In this document: piece by piece, positions 23,740-34,733 of the stretch
Layout: every line of letters starts with the position of its first letter
Numbering within the stretch: the stretch's first letter is position 1
Origin: an uncultured bacterium
GTDB taxonomy: Bacteria; Patescibacteriota; JACMRA01
Reading direction: 5' to 3'
Length of the DNA: 64,000 bases
Assembly: GCA_963704645.1 (NCBI GenBank)
Contig: OY969926.1
Span: 224,001 to 288,000, forward strand
The notes under the pieces: generated by a model
Seen by the model: the letters and a program-made list of their open reading frames with translations, nothing else
The model's database searches: none
What the model was told of the DNA's origin: nothing
Translations under genes and position numbers: made by a program

Positions 23740-24876
23740 TTACCCAGGCAAAATAAAACTACTAAAATTGTCAGCATTCACTACTTCAAAAGTGTGATTT
23801 GGATAACTGGCGGCAAAACTGGTTGGTATTTTGGCTCTTTTACTAGAATTGTATTTAAATTCGAAAGTTTTTAAATCTTCTCCACTTTCTTCTATATAAT
23901 CAACTTCTTGGCCGCTGTAACTCCTCCAAAAATATGTATTTACAAACTTTTGGCCATACTCATTGTTCTTCATTCTCTCTACAACACAAAAATTTTCCCA
24001 CAAAGCCCCAACATCGTTTCTGGTTTCTAAATTATTAAAAGATGATATTAAACTATTTCTAATTCCAAGATCATAAAAGTAAATTTTTCTAGTTTTACCA
24101 ATTTCTTTTCTAGGGTTTTTACTGAAAGCTGACAACCTAAAAATTACAAATGCTTTTTCTAATAACTGAATATATCTAGCTACTGTCTCTTCACTAATTT
24201 TCAGATTTACGGCTAATTCATGATAAGAAACTTCATTACCAACTTGAAAAGCTAACAATCTTAACAACTTTTCTAAAACTTCTGGGTTTCTAATATCCTG
24301 GTAAGTAAACACATCTTGAAATAAATAACTGCTGCTTAATTCGGTTAAAATGTCTTTTTTTTCTGAGTTGCTTTTATCAAATAAGCTGGGATATGTTCCA
24401 TAAACTAAAAATTCTTGAAGATTTTGCATTACGTAAATACTATTTTTGACTTGTTTAATTTCCTGAATAGATAAAGGAAAAAGTCTAAACTCCCATTTTC
24501 TGCCTGTTAGTGGCTCGTTAATTTTATTACTTAACTCAAAACTAGAAGAACCTGTAGCAATAACCTGCACACTTGGTAAATGGTCGTGAATAAGCTTAAG
24601 TGTTTGGCCTATGTTTAAAAACTTCTGAGCTTCGTCGAAAACCACCAATTTATAATCTTGCAAAAGTGATTTTAGTTTTTCTACGCCAGCATTTTCAAAA
24701 AGCAATCTATTTTGCGGATCTTCGAAATCGAAATAAAAACTATTTTCAGGATATTTTTGCAATATATTTTTAACTATGCTAGTTTTACCAGTTCTCCTTG
24801 CCCCATACAAAACCAAAATTCTTCCACCAAAAAGCTTTTCTTCAATATTTTTTTGTACTAAACGGTAAATATACAT
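23740..24876 (-). CDS. AAA_14-type ATPase with DUF4143-like C-terminus
   Basis: GARRTGKT, FDEAQ, ATGSS, LTGR, KIYFYDLGIRN, GALWEN, EVDYI..EFK. Confidence 0.9.
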   Translation of the reverse strand: MYIYRLVQKNIEEKLFGGRILVLYGARRTGKTSIVKNILQKYPENSFYFDFEDPQNRLLFENAGVEKLKSLLQDYKLVVFDEAQKFLNIGQTLKLIHDHLPSVQVIATGSSSFELSNKINEPLTGRKWEFRLFPLSIQEIKQVKNSIYVMQNLQEFLVYGTYPSLFDKSNSEKKDILTELSSSYLFQDVFTYQDIRNPEVLEKLLRLLAFQVGNEVSYHELAVNLKISEETVARYIQLLEKAFVIFRLSAFSKNPRKEIGKTRKIYFYDLGIRNSLISSFNNLETRNDVGALWENFCVVERMKNNEYGQKFVNTYFWRSYSGQEVDYIEESGEDLKTFEFKYNSSKRAKIPTSFAASYPNHTFEVVNADNFSSFILPG

Positions 24877-24989
24877 AAATTTTGCTAATATAATAGTAAT
24901 ATTATGCTTAATTTTGCTATTAGTGTCAATGCTTAGTGGGATTAAAACTATTTATTTCCCTAAATTTATATTAATTTGAGGATTTAGAA

Positions 24990-26651
24990 TTATTTTTCAC
25001 CAAAAATACTGGTGTGGAGTTCCTTAAATATAGTAGATTCTGGATTTGCAGAAATTAACTTACCAATATCACAAATAGATATTTTCTCTAAACTTAAACT
25101 TTTGAGCCATAATTCTCTGGGCTTTGTATGTGGATCTATATCTTTCGCAACAGAGCTTTGCTGTTTTTCAGCTGATTCTTGAATTTTAAGTAAAACCCCT
25201 TCCAACTCTGATTTAAATACATTATTAATCTGAACATTGTGCATAGAAGAATATAATAGCAGTGTTTCAATTGAGTAAATGTAACACTCTAAACATCTTC
25301 TATATAAATATTTAAGAGTAGGATTGATTGAAACTTTATTGTTTAATTCATCAATAGTTGAAAATTCGGCATCCCTGTCTTTTAATGAAAAAGTATTAAA
25401 GTTGCCACTAGTATTTTGTTTTAAGTTATAAAAATTCAAAAAGTTTGGTGTAATTTGAGTATGTCCTTGGCAAGAAATAAATAAGCAGCTTGGAGTTTCT
25501 AACCTAAAAACTTCATTATAAAAAATAGCGTCCTCTTGAGAATCTCTATCCGTTTTACCTTCACACAAAATAACAGTTGGAGAACTTACAAGCCTTGGCT
25601 CTTGAAAATTAAATAGATCTGAAAAACCAGCACCAAGCATTTTAGCCGAAGTGGAAATAGACTTGGCACCCCAAACACCTTCTTCAATGTTACATTGTCC
25701 GTCTTCAATTTGATAGACTTTTTGGCTGGGCTTAAACTTATTTTTTATTTCTTTTGCAGATAGACCTTTATTTTCCTCAAGGTTCTTAAAATCATCATAA
25801 TCATCTTCTACTAATTTGGCTGCTGCGCTAATAATAAACGGGCTATGGGTGGAAATAAAGAATTGTGTTTTAATTCCCTTTTTGTTGTATTCAATAGCTA
25901 TTCGCTTTATCATTTCAGGTATCAATTTCTGATACTCTGGGTGAAGACCTGTTTCAGGTTCTTCTATTAAGATAATTCGCTCAGTTTTCTGGCTTTGTAA
26001 GGGAGGATATAGTAAAGTTAAATAAATACTTACTAGAATTTTGACCCCGTTAGCTAAAGATTTAAGATTAATAACTTGAGTATTTGTTCTAAGCTGGATT
26101 ACTGAAGCTCTACCAAGAGACTTGTAAACATCGACAACTTTATCTGTTTTAAATATTGGCTCATATTCATTTAAAAAATCGATTAAATCATCCTTAATGT
26201 CTTCTTCAATAGAATCAAAATCTAAACTTAAAGTTTGAGTGAGGTGTTGCTGGTTACTTAAAGTGTATACGTGATAATACAAAAGTAATAAATGATAAGG
26301 TTCAGTGGAAATATCATGGTCTGTAGGTTTAATTGTAAAACCATTAGCACTTGTAGCGTCTTTAACGAATGATGTTTCAAACTTTTTTTTCTCAAGTATG
26401 TTGTTCCTGCTGTATTCTAAATCAAAAATAAATTTTGTATTACTACGAAAAATTGATCTAAAATCACCTAAAGATGTAAATATTTCAGATGTAGGCGTGT
26501 GAGTGGTTATACAAATTCTAAAACCTTCAAGCACACTACTTTTTCCACTTCCGTTCTTACCAACAAGGTAATTTACGTTGGTTAAACCTTTAAGTTCTAG
26601 TGGTTCATTTTGAATCGCTTTAAAATTTCTAATTTCAATCCTATCTAACAT
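24990..26651 (-). CDS. ABC-type ATPase with a TOPRIM-like C-terminus (OLD-family-like nuclease)
   Basis: IEIRNFKAI, GKNGSGKSS, IEEPETGLHP, STHSPFII, then ILCEG..D, DRD, LECY. Confidence 0.75.
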   Translation of the reverse strand: MLDRIEIRNFKAIQNEPLELKGLTNVNYLVGKNGSGKSSVLEGFRICITTHTPTSEIFTSLGDFRSIFRSNTKFIFDLEYSRNNILEKKKFETSFVKDATSANGFTIKPTDHDISTEPYHLLLLYYHVYTLSNQQHLTQTLSLDFDSIEEDIKDDLIDFLNEYEPIFKTDKVVDVYKSLGRASVIQLRTNTQVINLKSLANGVKILVSIYLTLLYPPLQSQKTERIILIEEPETGLHPEYQKLIPEMIKRIAIEYNKKGIKTQFFISTHSPFIISAAAKLVEDDYDDFKNLEENKGLSAKEIKNKFKPSQKVYQIEDGQCNIEEGVWGAKSISTSAKMLGAGFSDLFNFQEPRLVSSPTVILCEGKTDRDSQEDAIFYNEVFRLETPSCLFISCQGHTQITPNFLNFYNLKQNTSGNFNTFSLKDRDAEFSTIDELNNKVSINPTLKYLYRRCLECYIYSIETLLLYSSMHNVQINNVFKSELEGVLLKIQESAEKQQSSVAKDIDPHTKPRELWLKSLSLEKISICDIGKLISANPESTIFKELHTSIFGEK

Positions 26652-26851
26652 AATACACCCAAAAGTTAAGTTTTAGTTGGTTATTGGCAAGAAATAGTTT
26701 CATAGTGTATTCCAAATTATATCTTACAAAACCCCACTCACAATATACCACTCTGTTAACAAAGTAATATATCAACAGCACAGTTTTGTATAAAAACACT
26801 CAAAACCCAGCCCACCCTTGCCAAAAACACCAAACAAAAACTACTTGAATT

Positions 26852-27421
26852 ATGAACTCAACAACAAACAAAACCCTTTCCTCCACCGAAGCTATCGAAC
26901 TATTAGGAATTTTAAAAACCCGGTTTGAGGAAAATATGAATAGACATGAAGGTTTACTGTGGGAAGATGTTCAAGTTAAATTGCAAGCTAGCCCTGAAAA
27001 ATTGTGGTCTTTGAAACAAATGGAAGAAACCGGAGGCCAGCCAGATGTGGTTGATTTTGACGAAAAAACTGGTGAATATACTTTTTTCGATTGCAGCAAG
27101 CAAACGCCTATTGGCAGAAGAAGTATATGTTACGACCAAGCAGCTTGGGAATCTAGAAAGACTTTTAAACCAGCCAACAGCGCAATGAATATGGCAGCAG
27201 AGATGGGAATTGAGCTTTTGAACCAAGAGCAATATGAAAAACTACAATCTTTTGGAGAGTTTGATACTAAAACTTCTAGCTGGATTGTAGCCCCAGATAA
27301 AATTAGAAAATTGGGTGGTGGTTTGTTTGCTCATTTTAGGTATGGCCAAATTTTTGTGTACCACAACGGTGTTGAATCTTACTATGCTGAAAGAGGATTT
27401 CGTGGCTTTTTGAAAGTGTAA
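26852..27421 (+). CDS. DUF4256-like protein
   Basis: RFEENMNRH, MEETGGQPDVV, GRRSICYD, DTKTSSW, YHNGVESYY..RGFRG. Confidence 0.85.
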   Translation: MNSTTNKTLSSTEAIELLGILKTRFEENMNRHEGLLWEDVQVKLQASPEKLWSLKQMEETGGQPDVVDFDEKTGEYTFFDCSKQTPIGRRSICYDQAAWESRKTFKPANSAMNMAAEMGIELLNQEQYEKLQSFGEFDTKTSSWIVAPDKIRKLGGGLFAHFRYGQIFVYHNGVESYYAERGFRGFLKV

Positions 27422-27517
27422 AATTACGTTTGGAAGCTTTAATATTACCCGTTTTATTTTTTAGTAGTAAGTAATATTGCTTTTGACACAAAAGGTGTAA
27501 ATTACAATTTTAGAAAT

Positions 27518-28612
27518 ATGAATTTTAAGAAATTAGCTTCTTATTTTACCTTGGCAATTATTATCTTCACAACAGGCTACTTTCTATTTAAAAGCTTGGA
27601 TGGTAGGGAATTAAAAACCATTAACATTCAGGGTTCATGTTCTTCTGGTGGCAAAGTTGGTAATTTAACATTACTTGAAATTCAAAAAAACTTGAACAAA
27701 TATATTCCAATATCTAGCCAAATACCTAAGGAAATGGACGGTGCTTTGTCTGAAAATATTCCTAATTATATTAGTGTGCGATTTCAAAATGCAATTTACT
27801 ACTTAGTTGCAAGTGCAGTTGAAAATGAGGAAGTGGCCGCGTTAGACAAATTTTTTAAAGTGGCAGAATATAGTTTCTCATTTCAAGAAGAAGACGGTGG
27901 TTTTAATTTTATTCAACCAGATAATATTTCTAAAAAACCTACGAAGCAAGATTTACTAAGTGGTTCTATATTTTTCTTGTCTACATTTTCAATTTCACTG
28001 GTTTTACTGTCTCAAAGTGAATGGTTCAATACATTACCAGAAAATAGGCAATATACTGAAAGAATAGAAAGTTATAAAATCAAACTTTCCAAAGCTTTAA
28101 ATAAAATTATTTCTGATAAACAAGATTTAATTGATTACGATAAAATATATTCAAATAGGTTGTTTTTTGACGCTTTGGCCTTTATAGCTAGCTCTAAAAT
28201 TATTATTACAGATAGTTTAAATTATTTTAATATTGGGAAAGAATTTTTAGAAATGGGTCTTAAAAATCAGGAAAAAGATGGTTATTTTTTAGAAAAAGAT
28301 GGTTTTGATAGTAGCTACCAGGGTGTTTCTTTAAATTTATTGTATTTCATATATTCCTTAAATTCTACAGATTCACTTTGCCAAAACATACAGCTTGGGC
28401 AGAAATGGTTAGCCACACGAATTAACGAAACGGGAGAGGTTATTTTGGAAGGAAATTCAAGAGTTGGTGGAAATGCAAATGAAAGTTTTTTGGGAGAAAC
28501 TAAAACGGTAGCTGCCAAGGATGTAGGCTCAAGCTTCTTTACTTATGGCCTACTTACAGGAGACGAAAATAGTATAAACATAGCTAATTTAATTAAAAAT
28601 TTTTACAAATAG
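27518..28612 (+). CDS. Hypothetical exported protein, helical (possibly alpha/alpha barrel)
   Basis: N-terminal TM/signal; QEEDGGF and QEKDGYF motifs; EKDGFDSSYQG. Confidence 0.55.
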   Translation: MNFKKLASYFTLAIIIFTTGYFLFKSLDGRELKTINIQGSCSSGGKVGNLTLLEIQKNLNKYIPISSQIPKEMDGALSENIPNYISVRFQNAIYYLVASAVENEEVAALDKFFKVAEYSFSFQEEDGGFNFIQPDNISKKPTKQDLLSGSIFFLSTFSISLVLLSQSEWFNTLPENRQYTERIESYKIKLSKALNKIISDKQDLIDYDKIYSNRLFFDALAFIASSKIIITDSLNYFNIGKEFLEMGLKNQEKDGYFLEKDGFDSSYQGVSLNLLYFIYSLNSTDSLCQNIQLGQKWLATRINETGEVILEGNSRVGGNANESFLGETKTVAAKDVGSSFFTYGLLTGDENSINIANLIKNFYK

Positions 28613-28684
28613 GCAGTACTCAAATTGGAATTGTGAAAATAAAAACAGCTTGCTGAACTTGTAGCTTTGAATTTAAATAACTAT

Positions 28685-30526
28685 ATGGCCAATGAACTAC
28701 TAAGCAACCTTAAGCAATACTTTGGCTACGATCAACTTCGGCCTAGCCAGGTTCCGGTTATAGATTCAATTTTGGCTGGTAAAGATACTCTTGCAATAAT
28801 GCCTACTGGTGGCGGTAAATCTTTGTGTTATCAGCTGCCTGCGGTGAATAGCGATGGCTTAGTAATTGTAGTTTCACCCTTAATTGCTTTAATGCATGAC
28901 CAAGTACAAGGGCTTAAGAAAAATGGAATTAAAGCAGGAATTTTGAACAGTTCAATTTCTCCATACGAGCAAGATATGGTTCAAAGTGAAGCTGAAAACG
29001 GAATTTTAAAACTTTTGTATGTATCCCCAGAAAGATTATTTGCTAAAGGTGGTGAGTTTTTAAGTTGGATGAACGAATTAAATATTAGCCTTATAGCTAT
29101 TGATGAAGCTCATTGTGTGTCTCAGTGGGGGCATGATTTTCGGCCAGAATATTCTAAACTTTCTATAATAAAAGATACTTTTCCTAACATTCCTGTTATT
29201 GCACTTACAGCAACAGCCGACGAATTAACTCGGGGCGATATTATTCAACAATTAAAGTTGGATGAACCAAATGTTTTTATTAGCTCTTTTGATAGGCCTA
29301 ATATTACTTACACTGTTCAACCAAAGTTACAAGACAAAGAAGCTACCAAACAACTTACCAATTTTATTAATGGTTTTACAGGAGAATCTGGTATTGTTTA
29401 TTGTTTAAGCAGGAAATCTACTGAAGAAGTATCGGAAAGCTTGGTGAAATTAGGAATTAAATCTGCCCCATTTCATGCTGGACTAAGCCAGGAAGAGAAA
29501 GAGGAAACTTACAACCAATTCATGCAAGATAATTTGCAGGTAGTTTGTGCCACAATTGCTTTTGGAATGGGTGTAGATAAGCCAGATGTACGTTTTGTAG
29601 CCCATTGGAATATGCCTAAATCGATAGAGGGCTATTATCAAGAAACAGGGAGAGCTGGAAGAGACGGTTTGGCATCTGAAGCCTTGCTTTTGTATTCTCC
29701 AGTAGATAGTGGAGTTTACCGAAGATTTATTGACCTTTCAAAGCCAGCGGGAGACATTAACACCTTCAAAATATTCCAAAAACTTCAACACGACAAGTTA
29801 GACAGGTTAATTGATTTTTGCAGCACGGGACATTGTCGGCGAAGAATTTTACTTCAATATTTTAACCAAAAGTTAGAAAAAGACTGCGGAAACTGCGATG
29901 GTTGTTTAAACCCTGTAGAAAAAATTGACGGACAAGAAATTTCCCAAAAAATAATTTCGGCTATTTATAGAACTGGTCAGAAGTTTGGAATTGGTTATAT
30001 TGTAGATTTTTTGCTTGGAATTGGTAATGATAGAATGGAAAGTTATGGACACACAAAATTACCCACTTTTGCTATTTGCAGAGAAAATTCTAAAGAAGAA
30101 TTGATGTTTTATACCAACCAATTAATTAGTCTTGGGTATTTACAAGTAGATTATGATGGTTTTATTAAAACACTGTCACTAAATGAAGCGTCAATGAGTA
30201 TTGCTGCAGGTGAATTAATGGTAGAACTAACACCTTATATAGAAACAATTAAGCCAGTTTCTAAATCAAAATCTGGTAAGAAATTAGCAGGTAGTTTATC
30301 TGAGAAAGACCAGGAGTATTTTGAAACATTAAGACAATTAAGGCAGCACATTGCAATTCAAGATGATGTTCCCGCCTTTGTAGTTTTTGGAAACGCCAGC
30401 CTGTTAGACATGGTAGAAAAAAAGCCCAAAACAAAAGCAGAATTTAGTAAAATTAGCGGAGTAGGAGCCCATAAATTAGAAAAATACTGGCCAGAGTTCA
30501 AAGAAGTATTGGCGGGAATACTGTAG
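28685..30526 (+). CDS. recQ: ATP-dependent DNA helicase RecQ
   Basis: [39 protein letters not shown], Zn-binding CRR..CGNCD, RQC and HRDC. Confidence 0.97.
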   Translation: MANELLSNLKQYFGYDQLRPSQVPVIDSILAGKDTLAIMPTGGGKSLCYQLPAVNSDGLVIVVSPLIALMHDQVQGLKKNGIKAGILNSSISPYEQDMVQSEAENGILKLLYVSPERLFAKGGEFLSWMNELNISLIAIDEAHCVSQWGHDFRPEYSKLSIIKDTFPNIPVIALTATADELTRGDIIQQLKLDEPNVFISSFDRPNITYTVQPKLQDKEATKQLTNFINGFTGESGIVYCLSRKSTEEVSESLVKLGIKSAPFHAGLSQEEKEETYNQFMQDNLQVVCATIAFGMGVDKPDVRFVAHWNMPKSIEGYYQETGRAGRDGLASEALLLYSPVDSGVYRRFIDLSKPAGDINTFKIFQKLQHDKLDRLIDFCSTGHCRRRILLQYFNQKLEKDCGNCDGCLNPVEKIDGQEISQKIISAIYRTGQKFGIGYIVDFLLGIGNDRMESYGHTKLPTFAICRENSKEELMFYTNQLISLGYLQVDYDGFIKTLSLNEASMSIAAGELMVELTPYIETIKPVSKSKSGKKLAGSLSEKDQEYFETLRQLRQHIAIQDDVPAFVVFGNASLLDMVEKKPKTKAEFSKISGVGAHKLEKYWPEFKEVLAGIL

Positions 30527-30546
30527 TGGAATGCTTGCCATTCCTA
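30523..30546 (+). repeat. GTAG REP-like hairpin supplying the recQ stop codon
   Basis: gtagtggaatgcttgccattccta; its TAG is the recQ stop. Confidence 0.65.
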
Positions 30547-30641
30547 GTTCTAAATTAAACAAGTTTCGATTATTTGTGAGCCTCACTAGAGTTCAATAAT
30601 CCTTTATTGTTTTCAATTTATAGCGTTCTTTTACCTTCCCT

Positions 30642-31595
30642 CTATATTTTAATTACAACGTTGCCCACTTTATGGCCTTTATCAACATATTCGTGAGCTT
30701 GTGACATTTCTTCTAAACTATAAGTTTTATCAATAACTGGTTTCAAACTATTATTTTCAATTAACTCTTTTAAGAAACTCATGTCGTTAGAGGTTACTTC
30801 AGCGACACCAGCAATTAGTTTTAATTTAAGCATTTTAGAGGCAATTAAACCTTCCAAAGCTCCTTTAATTATTACGGCACCAAGTACTAATACTCCATTT
30901 GGTTTTACCAATTTTGCTATTTTTGAAACTTCAGTTTTATCTACTGTTTCAAATACAACATCAAATTGATCTGTAATTTCAGAAAGACTTTGCTTGGTGT
31001 AATCTATAACAACGTCGGCTCCTAATTTTTTTACAAGCTCTATGTTGCCAGTGCTACAAACCGCTGTTACTTCTGCTCCATAATATTTTGCTAATTGAAC
31101 CAGACAAGATCCAACAGCCCCAGAAGCACCATAAACAAGTACTTTTTGACCAGCTTTTACATTGGCTTTTTTAACGAAGTGTAAGGCAGTATGTCCACCA
31201 AAAACTGTAGCGGCAGCTTCTTCAAAACTTGTATTAGTAGGTTTTAACGATAGTGGGGTTGATTCAGGAACAACTAAATATTCAGCATAGGCTCCCATAG
31301 TCATGTCACACAATCCAAAAACTTCATCACCAGCTTTGTATGAAGTTACATCTTTACCAACTGCTTCAACAATTCCAGAAATTACATTTCCAAGCACTTT
31401 AATTTTAGGTGTAAATAATCCGAACATTAAACGCACCAAAAAAGGGTCAGCCCTTCTAAGACGAGTATCGCCAGAGTTAACTGTGGTAGCCATCATTTTA
31501 ATTAAAATTTGATTATCTGCTGGAATTGGTTTTTCTATTTCAGATAATTTTAAAACCTCAGGGGAACCGTATTTAGTACAAACAATGGCTTTCAT
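30642..31595 (-). CDS. NAD(P)-dependent alcohol dehydrogenase/quinone reductase (MDR family)
   Basis: MKAIV..YGSPEVL, VLVYGASGAVG, LGADVVIDYT, LKPVIDKTY. Confidence 0.9.
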   Translation of the reverse strand: MKAIVCTKYGSPEVLKLSEIEKPIPADNQILIKMMATTVNSGDTRLRRADPFLVRLMFGLFTPKIKVLGNVISGIVEAVGKDVTSYKAGDEVFGLCDMTMGAYAEYLVVPESTPLSLKPTNTSFEEAAATVFGGHTALHFVKKANVKAGQKVLVYGASGAVGSCLVQLAKYYGAEVTAVCSTGNIELVKKLGADVVIDYTKQSLSEITDQFDVVFETVDKTEVSKIAKLVKPNGVLVLGAVIIKGALEGLIASKMLKLKLIAGVAEVTSNDMSFLKELIENNSLKPVIDKTYSLEEMSQAHEYVDKGHKVGNVVIKI

Positions 31596-31697
31596 AATAT
31601 AGAATTTGATCAACCTATTGCGTCTGGTTGTCAAACCAGCTTTTTAAAACCAATCAAAGTAAAAGGTATAAATTGTTAGAACTTTGTTAGAATTCAG

Positions 31698-32369
31698 TTA
31701 ATCCCAAATTTTTTTATCTGTTATTATTCTTTCGTTATCTTCCAACTTAAATTTAACCCAAATTCTTTTATTTAATACCATGTCTTTAGTATCAGAAGTT
31801 TTAAATGCCAAAACTACCCCTCCATGATCTATACTAAGGCTGTTATTAGAAATGCCTACTATGTTACCATAGAATTGGTTTTTTTCTTCTAAATCTGTAA
31901 TATGCATATCTCTAAGCCAAATTCTGTAAGGTTGGTTTAAAACTGCTGTATGTGTAGATTTAATTATAGGAATAGCGTTTTCAGCATTTGCAGGAATTAA
32001 AAATGAAGTACTAACAATTAGTATTAGAACTGAAGCCGTAATTGCGTCAGCCCAAGTTACTCCAATCCAATCTGTTTGTCTGTATATGAAATAGAATAAA
32101 AACGAGAAAAATATTCCAAATAATGCAAATTCGGGAAGTAATACCCAAACCCAACCTGAAATACTATTATTTAAGTATGGCCAGAATACATTAAAAACCA
32201 TAGCTTGATCTATAAGCCATCTAAATGAAAAAAAAGTTACTATAAAGATTAACACAACGACAAAAGTAAGTATAATATTATTTAAAGTAAATATATACTT
32301 TGGTTTAGGTTGAATCTTTAATTCTTTTTTAATTCTTTCAATAATTTTGGGTGACGGTGTCTGGTTCAT
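31698..32369 (-). CDS. Membrane protein, probable anti-sigma factor
   Basis: Overlaps the 3' end of the ECF sigma gene; 3 TM segments and a small C-terminal beta domain. Confidence 0.55.
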   Translation of the reverse strand: MNQTPSPKIIERIKKELKIQPKPKYIFTLNNIILTFVVVLIFIVTFFSFRWLIDQAMVFNVFWPYLNNSISGWVWVLLPEFALFGIFFSFLFYFIYRQTDWIGVTWADAITASVLILIVSTSFLIPANAENAIPIIKSTHTAVLNQPYRIWLRDMHITDLEEKNQFYGNIVGISNNSLSIDHGGVVLAFKTSDTKDMVLNKRIWVKFKLEDNERIITDKKIWD

Positions 32370-32925
32370 AATTAAGTTTATGAAATTGATTTTTAATAAT
32401 TTTTTGGGCTCTTTGCCTAGCTCTATGTATAGAAACTGTAACAGTTTGAGGCCTTTCTTTAAGTATATCGGAAATTTCCTTAACACTTTTTTCTTCTAGA
32501 TAAAATAAAGTTAATAGGTTTCTATCTTTTTCTTTTAAAGTTTTTAGTAGTTTTTCAAGATCATCTTTTTGATGAAAAGTAAGATTTGGAGTAAAAATAA
32601 AATGATCTAAATTGTCTTCTAGCGGCACTATTTTATATTTTCTTTTTCGTAAAATATCTATAGCTTGATTATGGGCAATACGATATATCCAACTGGAAAA
32701 TTTAAGTTTAGGATTAAATCCATTTAAGCTTAGATAGGCTTTTAACATTGTTTCAGATAAGGCGTCTTCGGCGTCTTCCACATGAAAATACATTATTCTA
32801 AGTAAATAATTATAAAGCCGTTTACTGTACCGGTTTACTATTAGTTCAAATAATTCAAGGTTTTCACTAAGAATTTTTTCAACCAACTCTTCATCGCTTA
32901 TTGAATCATACATGTTTCCAGCCAA
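32338..32925 (-). CDS. ECF RNA polymerase sigma factor
   Basis: DAEDALSE, KFSSWIYRIAHN..IDILRKR, region 4 KSVKEISDIL..HRAR. Confidence 0.93.
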   Translation of the reverse strand: MAGNMYDSISDEELVEKILSENLELFELIVNRYSKRLYNYLLRIMYFHVEDAEDALSETMLKAYLSLNGFNPKLKFSSWIYRIAHNQAIDILRKRKYKIVPLEDNLDHFIFTPNLTFHQKDDLEKLLKTLKEKDRNLLTLFYLEEKSVKEISDILKERPQTVTVSIHRARQRAQKIIKNQFHKLNYEPDTVTQNY

Positions 32926-33039
32926 TTGTTTCTAAATAAACTTTGAATAATATTTTTTGTTGTGTTGGTCAATTTTAATTGGTATTATTAATAAACAAGG
33001 CGGGAATTCCACCCGCCAAGTTACTTGTTTGCGTATTAA

Positions 33040-34038
33040 TTAGCTAACAGGAATTAAAACAGTGTCAATTACATGGATAATTCCATTGGAGGCTTGAATG
33101 TCTGTAGTAACAACTTTTACATTGTCATTTAAGAATACTTCACCATTTTTAACAGTAATTTTTACATTACCACCTTGAACGGTTTTAGCATTAGTTAACT
33201 TTACAACTTCAGAAGCAGGAACTTTTCCAGCTACAACGTGGTAAGTCAAAATCTTAGCTAATTCAGCTTTTTGAGCAGGATCAGTAAGAAGAGCGTTTAC
33301 TGTAGCAGCAGGAAGTTTAGCGAAAGCAGCGTCAGTAGGAGCAAAAACTGTAAATGGTCCAGGACCTTTTAATGTAGTTACTAAATCGGCAGCTGTAAGT
33401 GCAGCAGCTAAAGATTTAAAGTTACCAGCAGCAACAGCTGTGTCAACAATGTCTTTAGGTGTAGCAGGAATTAAAACAGTGTCAATAACGTGAATAATTC
33501 CATTGGAGGCTTGAATATCTGTAGTAACAACTTTTACATTGTCGTTTAAGAATACTTCGCCATTTTTAACAGTAATTTTTACGTCAGTGCCTTGTACGGT
33601 CTTAGCTGAAGTTAATTTTACAACTTCAGAAGCAGGAACTTTTCCAGCTACAACGTGATAAGTTAAAATCTTTGTTAATTCAGCTTTTTGAGCAGGATCA
33701 GTAAGAAGAGCGTTTACGGTAGCAGCAGGAAGTTTAGCGAAAGCAGCGTCAGTAGGAGCAAAAACTGTAAACGGTCCAGGACCTTTTAATGTAGTTATTA
33801 AATCAGCAGATTTAAGTGCAGCAGCTAAAGATTTAAAGTTACCAGCAGCAACGGCTGTGTCAACAATGTCTTTAGTTTCTACTTTTTCTGCAGGCTTTGG
33901 CGTATTTGTAGTTGTTGTTGAAGAACTATTTTTATCGTTATTATTATTGTTACTAATAGCAGCGTTTATTGAAAAGCCTGCAATTAGAATAACAGCAACA
34001 GCAGCGATAGAAATACTTATTTTAGTTTGGTTTGTCAT
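33040..34038 (-). CDS. Exported fasciclin protein with two near-identical FAS1 domains
   Basis: [20 protein letters not shown] and [13 protein letters not shown] each occur twice; signal/anchor at the N-terminus. Confidence 0.95.
   Translation of the reverse strand: MTNQTKISISIAAVAVILIAGFSINAAISNNNNNDKNSSSTTTTNTPKPAEKVETKDIVDTAVAAGNFKSLAAALKSADLITTLKGPGPFTVFAPTDAAFAKLPAATVNALLTDPAQKAELTKILTYHVVAGKVPASEVVKLTSAKTVQGTDVKITVKNGEVFLNDNVKVVTTDIQASNGIIHVIDTVLIPATPKDIVDTAVAAGNFKSLAAALTAADLVTTLKGPGPFTVFAPTDAAFAKLPAATVNALLTDPAQKAELAKILTYHVVAGKVPASEVVKLTNAKTVQGGNVKITVKNGEVFLNDNVKVVTTDIQASNGIIHVIDTVLIPVS
33048..33875. repeat. Intragenic tandem duplication, 417-bp period
   Basis: 33048-33458 and 33465-33875 are near-identical at DNA level. 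Confidence 0.9.
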
Positions 34039-34089
34039 AATTGTGAATAATGGGTTGTAGACAGTTTTCCGGAAGTGTCTATAAGGTAG

Positions 34090-34115
34090 TACGATAAAAA
34101 AACAAAAACATTACA
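34090..34115 (-). promoter_or_regulatory. Putative ECF sigma promoter for the fasciclin gene
   Basis: Minus strand TGTAAT-N16-CGTA, resembling SigW/SigX-type promoters. Confidence 0.55.
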
Positions 34116-34334
34116 CTTTTTAGTTTATACGTTATAAGTATTTAATATTTACTGATATATACGATAAATTTGAACGCTATAAAACTAACCAATAATTCAG
34201 AATTCTAGCATGGTTTTTAACGCGGTCAATAAAATTATTTCATAAGTACTTTCAAAATCTTAGATAAACAAAAAAGCTTAACCATTATAGTAGTTAAGCT
34301 AATTAATTATTTAATCTTGTGAATAATTGAAACC

Positions 34335-34733
34335 TTAAAGGTTATCAAACCATTCATTGCTAAAATCTGTGTACATTTTGCCATCATAAAAAACTTGATG
34401 ACCGTGTTTGTTGGCAAATTCAACCAACTCTTCAATTGTTATTAACAATTTAGATGAATAACGAATTATTACTTTTTCGCCATTTGCAATTTCTATAATT
34501 GAATCAATTGTTCCATTCCATCGAAAAGGTGGCAAGCAAATTTCTGCACTTTTTCTACTGTATCCATATTCAGGAAGACGCAAAACACCGTAACCAATAT
34601 ATAATGAAATATTGTTTCTTGCTAAAAGGCTAAATACACCAGCTGTATCTAGACGTAAACAACCAAGAAAGTCTATGTAATTCGGAAAAAGTAATAGTTT
34701 TACTACTTTTGGTGAAGAGTATAAATTACTCAA
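34335..34733 (-). CDS. Hypothetical protein, paralog of 23183-23605
   Basis: Shared motifs; TTG start with AGGGGG upstream. Confidence 0.75.
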   Translation of the reverse strand: MSNLYSSPKVVKLLLFPNYIDFLGCLRLDTAGVFSLLARNNISLYIGYGVLRLPEYGYSRKSAEICLPPFRWNGTIDSIIEIANGEKVIIRYSSKLLITIEELVEFANKHGHQVFYDGKMYTDFSNEWFDNL

